Of a stretch of 64,000 nucleotides of DNA, positions 13,205 to 23,514 are shown piece after piece. Below the pieces are notes generated by a model, which was not told the DNA's origin, made no database searches, and saw nothing but the letters and a program-made list of their open reading frames with translations. Source of the stretch: Tubiluchus corallicola (Eukaryota; Animalia; Priapulida); assembly GCA_030141605.1 (NCBI GenBank), contig JAQGDQ010000018.1, positions 806,001 to 870,000 of the forward strand, in the 5' to 3' direction. The first letter of the stretch is position 1, and every line of letters starts with the position of its first letter. Made by a program: the position numbers and the translations under genes.

Positions 13205-13825
13205 TAAATAAGCCTTTTCACAGTTTCGTTGTGTGCACGTACAGTTGTTGTAGGTCAAAGGTTAAGTGTATCACAGCACCACATCTTAACTACAACTGTC
13301 ATGTGACATATGGGTAAAGCAAAGCTGTCAGAAGCTTCAGTTCAATATCTTCAGTTGTTTTACATGGACTTTACTTAATTATGCATTGGTATATGCATAG
13401 AGTGATCTACTAGCAGGATCTTGCTAGGGAACAAGAGAAAATGAACTAGGTAAAGTTCTAGCTAGCTGTTAAAACTGTTACTACTACAACAGCATAGGCT
13501 GCAAGACATTGTCAAGTGTACAAAAATGCGTTGTTTTGTGCACTTAAACCTTTGAGCTGTTCATGATCATGATCAGTTATTGCTGGAACTGTAAAAAAGC
13601 ATTCAAATTCAGTCTTAAAAGATTTTCAAATAAAATTTTTTAATCATAAATAGAAAGTAGTCTTGCAAAGATCATGTGTATTGGTTAATTTCCTTCTGCA
13701 GTAGAAAAATTAATAATCTTTTTAAAAACTCTGTGCACAGAAAGCTTGCCAGATTTCATACATGCTGTTTCAAATGCCTTAGTGCTAAAGAACATGCGTA
13801 GTTGAAGTGGTGAATTATCCAGGTT

Positions 13826-14055
13826 GGAGTGGAATTCGAATAAAAAAATTCGTTCATAATCCTAGTGCTTTTACTGCAAAACAAAATCAAGTAATATGGA
13901 TGATCATTGTGAGACCGGTTTTTATTAGTGATTCGAAAATTAATTCGGAAACCTTTAAAACTGAATTCGAATTCGTATCGAATTCGCTTTCTCGAAATTG
14001 GGTTTGATTTGAGTCCTAAAGTCACAAATTCGAATCGATTCGAATTCACTTTCTT
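13826..14055. repeat. TTCGAA/GAATTC-rich element remnant (MITE-like)
   Basis: About 9 copies of attcg(aa) in 230 bp, and gtggaattcgaa at the left end mirrors ttcgaattcac at the right end. Confidence 0.5.
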
Positions 14056-14140
14056 TAGAGAATGCTTGCCTAATGAGTATCTGCGCTAAAAGCGAAACCA
14101 TGGATTTAGGCGAAGCAACGCCTAATAATGCCTTTGACTA

Positions 14141-14155
14141 AGCATAGATGGCGCA
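14141..14155 (+). promoter_or_regulatory. CTCF-like motif in the putative PAN2 / unknown-gene divergent promoter region
   Basis: TAGATGGCGC (14145-14154) matches the core of CCASYAGRKGGCRS. Confidence 0.35.
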
Positions 14156-15199
14156 ACAGTTTAATTTTGTAATGTTGTCTGCTGTGTAACTGTGGCGTTG
14201 AGTAATATTATTTTGAATTTCTTTAGTTCTAGTAAATAGTTTCTAAATACTAGGAAAATATTGTTAGCTGACATATGAATTTATGTTAAAGATCGAGTTT
14301 ACTGTATTGCGTTTTGTATTAATGCATAGTAATATAACTATTCGTTCTTGGTTTACTCTCTTCCTAATATACCAAACTGCTACTAAAATAGGTTTCTCGC
14401 ACGGACTTCTGTATCAAGTTTATGTTAAAAACCATTTGCGTTATTTGCGCTCACCAGTGATTTCAGTAACGACTTCTACAGTATCACTTCGGCTTGTAAA
14501 AAACAATGCCGATACCTTTCAGCATTGACCCTATGCTTGAACAATTTAACACTATGCCCATGTGTAATGCTTCTATTGCGTAGAAAAAACTGGTTTGCGT
14601 TGATGTCAGTAAATCTGTCAATATTTAGCAAAACAGATTATAAAGAATACGTTTTCCAACACTTGTTTAGAATTAGGACGATAGAAGGAGACTTAAGAAT
14701 AGGGGCGATAGAAAGGATTACAAAGATTACTACTTACAAGATGTTGTTTGCGTAGCGTTTTCCGTTTTCTTTTACTATCAAGTGCAATTTATGTGCTAAT
14801 CATGTCTGTACACCTTCAGTTTTTCAGTCTTGTCAACAAAATTAGGAACATCGTTAGTCAAGTAGTGTTAGCTCAGGAATATGAATGGCCTTTATATCAT
14901 TATCTAAATGGCATTTATGAGTTGTTGGCAAGTTCTTGGTCTTAAGTATTTGGTTTAAAGTGCACGTGTGACAATTGTGTCCTACATGAAATACACTATA
15001 AATAGCTTATTAATAAAATTGTAATGCTTAACTTAAAAAACAGATCTATTATGGAAAATTATGACTGCTTCTACGAGAATAATTGAGAACTATTTTGAAG
15101 TAGGGACATCTTTTTATTAACTATCCGTATTTATAATATAACTTGTATTACCTTTGAAATAGGTCCAATTATAAAGAAAACCAAAACAGTCTTTTGAAA

Positions 15200-15238
15200 A
15201 TGGATGATGATCGGTACGAGCGTGTCCGTCAGAAAGGG
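15200..15238 (+). CDS. Uncharacterised gene, putative coding exon 1
   Basis: aaaATGG Kozak-like context; MDDDRYERVRQKG|GTATAT, phase 0; TAG acceptor near 15162. Confidence 0.6.
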
Positions 15239-15429
15239 GTATATGCTGATTTTCTGTGAAACATTTTTAGTAAAAATATCAGATATGAATAAGCGCCGTG
15301 CAAACTTTTGTTATATTAAGTTTGTATTATATTTTAATGTCTCAAAAATAATACAGTTAAAGTAGATCAATTTGTTGGTGCCATAGTACAGTAATTTGAT
15401 CTTATTCTGCATTACACCGCATTCCACAG

Positions 15430-15574
15430 GTTGACAACTGTTTTGCTGTGCCATCATCACAAGGGCTTACTGCTTCCACAGTAGCATACAGAAACGACTC
15501 TGGTCTGCTTTTTACTGAGAGTCAACTTGAACTGGCACTTGAAGGAAATGAACCTCGCAAAATGCCTTTAGCAG
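15430..15574 (+). CDS. Uncharacterised gene, exon 2
   Basis: TTCCACAG|VDNCFAVPSSQGLTASTVAYRNDSGLLFTESQLELALEGNEPRKMPLA|GTGAAT; open frame, phase 0 to 1. Confidence 0.7.
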
Positions 15575-16505
15575 GTGAATTTTGACTCTTTTGTTAGGAG
15601 TCTGAATGGCCACAGTTAACTGTTAAATAATACATGTATGATTATATAAGATTTTGTCTACTCTATATCTTGTTCCTATGTGTAGGGTACTGGTTGAAAA
15701 TCAAGACAAGGTATCAAATGTTATAATTTACAGTTGGTAGAACAAAAATTAGTAAAATACAGAAGACACTAGAAATGTCTGATAACTTTTTTACTTAAGA
15801 CATTATTTAAATTTATGTGGCATATAGAAGTTCTCAATGATTTTGATAATTGAAGTTTTAAAGATCCTTGGTTATTTTTCTGTAAATTTGCAACTTCATG
15901 TTTTTGTGAGATGTTTGCCACATTATGTGGGGCAAATTATGTGATATTTTGCATAAGATACATAATAATGATCTATTAAATAACTTTTATTGTGCATGGA
16001 TTACAAAAAACACAGTATTATTTATGCAGGTGATTTCAGACTAGAGGTGCTTTTATTTGTAATAATTAGTAATTACTCCCTTTACTGGTAATGTGAGCTT
16101 TTCTAATAATTTAGTCTTAAGATGTGAATCTGATCCAGATTGTATAAAATAGTAATGTGTACAACATTATGTAGATAAACAATATTCTGTGGACTTAAAA
16201 GCTTGTATACTAAGCATTTTATGAATCATTTGATTTATGCAAAATCGTACCTATATGAACTTTCAACAATAGCGTGGTAATTAAAAGCAGTGGCTGGTAG
16301 CGTTTAAACAATGTTTGTAGTTAGCAAATGTTCAACTAGTAAGTAACTGTAGGAAATCAAAAATCAGATTACTGGGACAAACTTTAGAACATGAATTGCT
16401 GTGACTATTTGGCAAGGAGTGTATGTGTTTTCTCTAATCTTTTTGCTGAGGGCCTCCATATATAGTACCAGTATGCCACTTGATTTTTACTTTATTTTTT
16501 CATAG

Positions 16506-16586
16506 TCCAAAGAGATCTTGCTGAAGGTGCATATGGTGAGGATATGTCGGGCAAAGAACTTGTAACTGATTCAGATGTTCCTCAAG
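16506..16586 (+). CDS. Uncharacterised gene, exon 3
   Basis: Long T-tract CATAG|(V)QRDLAEGAYGEDMSGKELVTDSDVPQ|GTAAAG; 81 nt, phase 1 to 1. Confidence 0.7.
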
Positions 16587-16621
16587 GTAAAGTTATATCT
16601 TTAGTCCTAGTTCTTTTATTA

Positions 16622-17512
16622 TCAGGACCATATTTAGATCATAGGGACCAGGGCACTTCAGGATCCACGTGGGGCTGTATATAAAAATTTAATTACATGG
16701 CAAATAAAGAATGAAGCAAAATGAATGATAAACTGCATTTCTTCGAAAAAATGTGCTATCTGCCGACGAAAACTGATTTTTTTCTTTTTTAAACTATTGT
16801 ATAAGACATTATTGTATTCCCACTAAATAAATAACAGCCGAGCCAGAGAATAAGAAAGTTTGATTTCTCTGATCAACAACAAAAGTTTAAAATGAATCTC
16901 ATTAAATAAAAATACGTAACACTATACTAAGTTCCTGGCAAGTATGCTTTTGAAGTCATTAGACCTGGATAAGTAAATTTCCTGCACCTGAATAATAAAT
17001 TAAACTTCGTATTTTTTAAACGAAAAAACATTTTGTATTTAATAAAATGCCAGTGACAATGCCAAGAAATAAATAAAATTATTAATTAATCATGTCACTG
17101 CCTATTGTAGATATTTGTCATTTAATTATAAAGTATCTTTATTATATAAATCTAATCAAAATATTTCAATATTTAAAAAAAATTAGGTGCCCAAATTTTT
17201 TTCGAGATACTGTATATTGTAACTGGTACTGGCAAGTCATACATCATGTTTATCCTTTACACTACAATATCTCAAGAAGTCTTTCTCTCTACATTTAGGT
17301 CTGCAAAATCTTTAGCTAACTCGTCAGACTGATTCATCTTGAGGAGCTTGCTCTCTACATTCAGTAGGCATACACACTTTGTGAATCCTTTATAATAATA
17401 AAACTAGTTTTATAATTATTACATTTTTGATAAAGGAAGTCCTTAGCCTGAAGGCCGCTCTGGCAGGCCCCTCGGAGCAATTACCTGTATGCCCCCTATG
17501 AATCTGGTTCCG
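16622..17512. mobile_element. Degenerate MITE-like element
   Basis: GC-rich ends (caggaccatatttag...ggggc and ggcccc...aatctggttccg) flank an AT-rich core, resembling cagggccggatt-type termini. Confidence 0.35.
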
Positions 17513-18042
17513 TTTATTACGGTATACAAGACGCCCTGAGTTATTGACCGTACTCAAAGGAGAGATCTGTATTTTGAGTAACTTATTTTGAACATATTTC
17601 TGTTGTTAGTACAGTTAATCCAACTTTATTCAAGCGTGACTGATTTTTTGGAATAAATGTTTCCTTTGCAATAGAGTGATGTATTTTGTTCTTTCTGTGT
17701 ATTTCATATTAGGTTGAAATTAGTTGTGTGAAATCTTACTAAGGACTTTACAAACGATCACAATGTTTGCATTTTCTCAGGTTAATATACTCAAATAATG
17801 TACTCAAAGCCAGTTATAGATTCAATTCTTTTTCACCACTTCTTATGAATAAATTCCTATTGCAAATATTAGCTGATAGAGAGTCCACTGTAAGTATAGT
17901 TTTGAGGAAAGTGTTATGTGTTTTGGCTAATTATTGCTTAAAAGTTGAAATGAGGGAGATAAAAAACCAACAAGTATGTGACCCATATCCATACATATAA
18001 TATATACTGATCAAAAACTGCCTTTATTGTAGTAGCCTGCAA

Positions 18043-18400
18043 GTCAAGGGACGGTATACTGTCGTAAGGCATTTGTTTTCCATCCATCATCCATCCACAA
18101 TTTGAGTTTAAGCCAGTTTACGCCTGAACCACTTAGGACAGCCACAGGATTTTTGGTATCAGATAAAATTGTGACAAGATTATGGTCAAAGTCAAAGGTC
18201 ATCCCGAGGACATGTCCGAAGCAGGAGTAAACAGGCAGAAATGTCAATAGCTGTGGTGATGAGCATAGAAGGAGGATCCATGTCTCTCTGTCTGAGGATG
18301 TAGAGTGACCTTTTGTCGCCTATAGAAGGAATAATCTGAATCGACTGAATGACTGACAAATTTCGGACGCTTCCCTGCAATGACTCTGGGATTTAAGGGT
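18043..18400. repeat. Interspersed repeat with tgacctt/aaggtca motifs (Helentron/HINE-like)
   Basis: ggtcaaagtcaaaggtca and gtgacctttt motifs with catc micro-repeats, typical of marine invertebrate HINE-type repeats. Confidence 0.5.
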
Positions 18401-18800
18401 CAAATATTGCCTAAATTATATTTACCTACTAAGCATCATCTATTGTGTTATAAACTAATCTATGATATAACAATGGCTATTCATTCCATATTTTAATTTC
18501 CTAGCATCAAAATCCCAAAATTGAATTTGGAACAACACTACCACATCATTCACAGTTCACCTTGTAGCCTAGTTCTTTCCAAGAAGATGGATAATTCCCT
18601 CCATGACCCATGTTTTCGATTTATGGAAATCTCTTCTGAGTAACACTTTAAAAAATTTAAAATGCCATCTGTGGGAAGCTGTGTTCCTCCATGAAATCTA
18701 AATAGGCTTATAACACCTCCATCAAATAAAATGGGCCATCCAATCATTACATATATATGTAATATAATATAATATGTACATGCGTATAAATTTGTGTTAG

Positions 18801-18860
18801 GAAATCCGGCTGGTGATCGAAGGCTTCACCAATTGCCAACAATTGCTGAAGGTGTAAAAG
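18801..18860 (+). CDS. Uncharacterised gene, exon 4
   Basis: GTGTTAG|(G)NPAGDRRLHQLPTIAEGVK|GTTTGT; 60 nt, phase 1 to 1. An alternative in-phase donor exists after 18851. Confidence 0.6.
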
Positions 18861-19664
18861 GTTTGTGTAAATTTTTCTTCATTATAGTGGAAAAATTTTG
18901 CATAGATATGGTGCACGTGTAATACAGCAAGTCTTCGTTTAATAATGCCAACTAAACGTCGTTAAATGAAGCCATATGCCTGTTACAGAAAACAATGTAA
19001 AAGCATGATAGATTCAAATTAAGACTTGGGTCTGTCACGATTTTTTTTACATTTTATTCCTTTCAGACAATTTTAATTTGGTTTCAAAATTTAATAATTA
19101 TGGGTTCTTACTTCTTAGTTCATTGTTAATAGTATAGTCTTAAAATTAAGATTATGAATAATTAATGGAAAGGCACGCAGGTGCTTTCCAAGTGCAAATC
19201 AGTAATGCCTAACTCATATAAGTCAAGGATTTTGAAACTATTTATTGTAGTGTTATTGCAGTTGCTTCACAAATTATGTGTACAGAAATTCTGTATACTT
19301 GGCGACTTTTGCAAAATTAAAATTTTAAATGTTGGTTTACTTTTGTTCCACCATCAGTAGAGTTAACCCGAGCCTCTTTAATTGGTGCATTTTGTCTTTA
19401 CAATTAACAGAGTTACGGGACGTCTTTCTTTGTTTCTCTAGCCCCATCTCTTTTGCAGTAAAGTATCTTAAGTTCGATATCTGATTTTGCTTCTAATATT
19501 AAAACTTTTTGTTTCATGCTAGCTACGTTACCAACAAGTGTAGTTTTTCCAAAGGTGTAAATTCAGGTTAGCTGAATGGCAAATGCAGCAATTAACCCAA
19601 CATGCACGTGTAAACGTGTAACAAAAAGAATTTTATTTTATGTAGCTGGTTTATCTCTGTGTGG

Positions 19665-20270
19665 GAACAGATGGGTAGCAATCGCCTCTGGGGGCAAGGG
19701 TGAGAGTGCACAAACTCTTCTAGAATACAGTGATTGCTAATTAGCAATCACTAGTCCGACATTAACAAAACAATTAACTAATGTTATCAAACTACAATAA
19801 AATTACCTAGTCAGAGATCATCGTAGCTGACTTAATTACTACATACAGCCTAGAAAAAGGCTAATGTTGTTACTTAATCTTGTGTGTAGGGTGATGCATG
19901 GCTTAACTGATCGATAGTGGCGTTTCTCTAAATGCCGATTGTATTATTGTGAAAACCTGTAGTGTTCTGTATCTTTCATAATCTTTGCATGTTTTAATGC
20001 TAGAGCTGAATGTTTAAGGACTGCCGTGTTATGTGCAGCTAATGCATAGAAAAAAGTTATTCTGGTGCAGTAATGCAAATCAATCAGTCAGGGTGATTCT
20101 TAGAAAAAAGTCCGTTTATCTTTATTCCATCATGTAGAAAAACGAAAGTTGAGCTCGGGGATGCAAAAAACACGCTCAATTTGTGGCTTCAACCATGAAA
20201 CAAATAATCAAAACATTAAAGGAGTGTAGTTTTTTGCCCCCGGGTGCCACAAGCACTTGCTACGCCATTG
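19665..20270. mobile_element. MITE-like element
   Basis: Left gggtagcaa...gggggcaag is mirrored by right ttgcccccggg...ttgctacgccattg. Confidence 0.45.
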
Positions 20271-20439
20271 CTTGGGAAACAGGGAAAGAACAGCAGTAAA
20301 TCATTGCAGTGCAATATGCCTAACTGTCTGTAGAATCAGAATTAGTATGGCAAATTTGGTGCCGTGGTATGGGTTTGCAGCAGGATTGTTTAAAAAGTCC
20401 AGCACAGCAAACAATTTTTTTTTATATTTTTAAATAAGG

Positions 20440-22535
20440 CAAAAAAATCATTGTTAAGTGAGAAAAGGTTCAGCATCCTTAAAGTGAAACGTGGCTAACC
20501 GACGTGTGTTATTTACCGAAGGTTAAAATTATGGCGCATGTAATTATACCCTACTAGCCAAACACCACAAAAGAATTTTGCGCTTAAACCCACAATGTCA
20601 CCTTGTAGATCGCTTCGTCCTCTTTCAGGGAGTGTGTTTGTTTTTTTTTCATCGTGCCCAAACAGTTGCACAAATAGAATTTTTCTAGAGGCTGTTCGTG
20701 CAGTTTTTCGCAAAATTAGGTCGCGCGGGTCCGGGCAAATGCCTATTGCAGGAAACTGTGGCACTCCTGTGAATTCTACATGCACCTGCTAAACCCACCG
20801 TTGAATGGGCTATCCAACCATTGTAGGTACCCTGCCTCGCAAATTCCTGTTCTATATGAACGGTACAGGCTTTGCGAATTTTTGCAAAAAACTGCAAAAA
20901 ATGTCCATTTGTGGAGGTTTTTTGTCCCCCGTTCTTCAAAAAAATAAACCTACAGTTGAAAATCTGTGCATTGAGGCCTTTCTTTTGTTGCGTAGATCAT
21001 CGAAAATGGTGCCATCGTCGGAGCTGTAGCCTTGTCTGTTACACCCTTATATACCACCGAAATTATTTATACAGATTAGCAAAGATTCCGCAAAAATTTT
21101 TACACATATCCCCATGACAACCCACATTAACCACCACACCACACTATCCACGCCATGTCACCCACACTACACCAAGCCCACCATACCACACCAACCACAC
21201 CACACCTCCAGTATTATGCCACCCAGACCGTGCCACACTCACCACACCACCCACATCATGTGACACTGCACCACACCCACCACACCACACCATGCCGACC
21301 ACATCACACCACCCACATTATACCCACTACACAAACCACCCTACGCACACTACACCATACCACTGCTGCTGCCGCCAATAGTGATGATGATGGTGACAGT
21401 GACATGATGATAACAGCAATTCAACAAAGGTTTGCAGCCTAGTTAAACTATACAAAATATTTTGCGCATTGAAAATGTGTGAAAAGTCAAATGCTCTTAG
21501 ACCTTTTCACTGATTATCATTAATGCACAAACATTCTACATTGCACAGTGTTTGCAAACTGCTCCTTTTGATCTAAATAGGCTAGCATTATAGCATTTAC
21601 ATCATAACAGCCAGCTAAGGCTTAATAACTGAAATAAGTAAAATTGTAGGCAGAATACAATGGAGTGATGTCAGAACAATGCAAACGTCACCGTATCTTC
21701 TAAGCGGGAATCACCCAAGATGGAACCTCTAACCAACTCGTTGCCACTCCTCTTGCTGGAGGTGACCCCAAAAGTGAACCCATTGCCACGTAACCCCATT
21801 CATCCTCTTTCCAAAGAGCTATATATCTCCTTCCAAGAGTCCCACTAGGTGCCACTACAACGTTTTTTCAACAGGCTGTTCGGTCAAAATTTTGAAAAAA
21901 TCGAGGTTGTATCCGTAAGTTACCGGGATGCCATAGCCTTCCCGCAAGTTCTAAATATGCCTACTACACCCACCGTTGAACGGGCTATCCTTCCATTACC
22001 AGCACCCTCCAGCCCAGTTTTGCTAAAAACAAGCAAAAATGGAAATGGAAATATATATATATATATCCGGATTTCTACACAAAATTCTTTTGCGGGTTTG
22101 GCTTCGTATATACTAATTTTGGTTGTATGGAGTTATATAGATTTTGTACACAAAATTCTTTTGCGGGTTTGGCTTCGTATATATTAATTTTGGTGGTATG
22201 GGGTATATATATTTATCTATATAACTCCAAACCACCAAAATTAGTATATACGAAGCCAAACCCGCAAAAGAATTTTGTGTACAAATCCATGACAACCCAC
22301 ATCACACTATGCCGTATCACCCACAACACACCATCCACCCCATGCCACACCCATCGCACAATACTATACCCAGTTTGCGAAAATGGTGCCGTCGTTGGAG
22401 CTATAGCCCCGAATCTTATATATATATAAGATTTGGGGCTATACCCCCAACGACGGCACCATTTTTGGATATATACATATATCTTATATAAATAAATATA
22501 TCCAGATACCACCGAAATTAATAAATACAAAGATT
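20440..22535 (+). mobile_element. Cluster of nested or rearranged Helentron/HINE-like repeats with CAC-rich low-complexity tracts
   Basis: Shared blocks cccaccgttgaa(t/c)gggctatcc (20795, 21968, 57270), aaatggtgcc(a/g)tcgt.ggagct (21004, 22381, 57471) and taccaccgaaatta (21052, 22507). CAC-rich tracts at 21120-21365 and 22290-22365. Confidence 0.7.
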
Positions 22536-23016
22536 GACCTAGTTTTTTTAATAAGAGGAAAAGCGTCATAAAATTATCACTAACGGAATTAAAATATTTT
22601 GTAGATCTAATCCAAGCATCCACACAGATGCTGCGTACTTGGTCAACTCCACTTTGGTAACATTATACATACATCTTATTTTCTTTATCGTGTCTCATTG
22701 TTTGCATCAGTACATGACATTTATAGTTCAGTTGTGCTAAACTAAAACAAAAACTATTAAATTAGTGATTTGTTAATATTGTTCTACCAAAGGCTGAAGG
22801 CCCAAGTGGCACGACTGCCCTTATATTAAGGTATTACTGAACTATTTCAGAATTACTTAGAATTTATAATTTTAGGTTACAATAAAAGAGCTGTGAAAAT
22901 TTATTTATTTTAAATCATGTATATAAGGAATTGAATTAATTCTCAGTTGTGAAAATCAAACGCTCAATCATCTAATCACTGATTTTGCAGCTATTATATT
23001 TTGACATCATTTTTAG

Positions 23017-23179
23017 TGAAAGGGAAAGTTTCGAGTTGTTTTGTCCATCAAAGGCAGAAAAACTGTTGAATGAAGCTAAAGCGATTGAAAGAGATTTACT
23101 GAGCCAGAAGGAAAAGTTGCGTGGAAGATTGATGCTGGTATCAAAAACACTGAGACAAATGAACGATAAACCAGCTTAA
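23017..23179 (+). CDS. Uncharacterised gene, terminal exon (coiled-coil)
   Basis: TTTTTAG|ERESFELFCPSKAEKLLNEAKAIERDLLSQKEKLRGRLMLVSKTLRQMNDKPA*; heptad-like pattern. Entry phase 2 needs an additional unidentified exon. Confidence 0.65.
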
Positions 23180-23514
23180 GATTGAAGCCAAACTTTAAAA
23201 AGACAAACTATCAATTTTTGTTTATTTCAACCAGCATTTTTAATGAACCACGATACCATAGATAATAACTTAACCAAAATTTAGTTTTCAATTTACCTAC
23301 ATTTTGATGTTACTCAACATTTTACTGTTTTTATTCAAAATGTTTTTCCAACTATTTATGTATTTATTAAAAAACTTTTTGTTCCTGTCATTTAAATAAT
23401 AACAGTTCTTATTTGATTTGATATTTTCTGATGGTGTTTAATGTTATGTGTTACATAATGTATCTCTCAGTTACACTTTGTTTCACAAACCAAGACAGAA
23501 AAAAACTGCTGAGA

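Noticed and set aside
13826-14055. Heat-shock element array near the divergent promoter
   Set aside because: The repeats are GAATTC/TTCGAA without the nGAAnnTTCn spacing, and are better explained as MITE subterminal repeats.
15686-15710. 25-nt AG/GT-bounded microexon in the unknown gene
   Set aside because: It would shift the frame between the phase-1 flanking exons. It could only be a poison exon, and there is no supporting evidence.
21155-21442. His/Thr/Pro-rich ORF
   Set aside because: CAC-rich low-complexity DNA within a repeat cluster, with no splice support.
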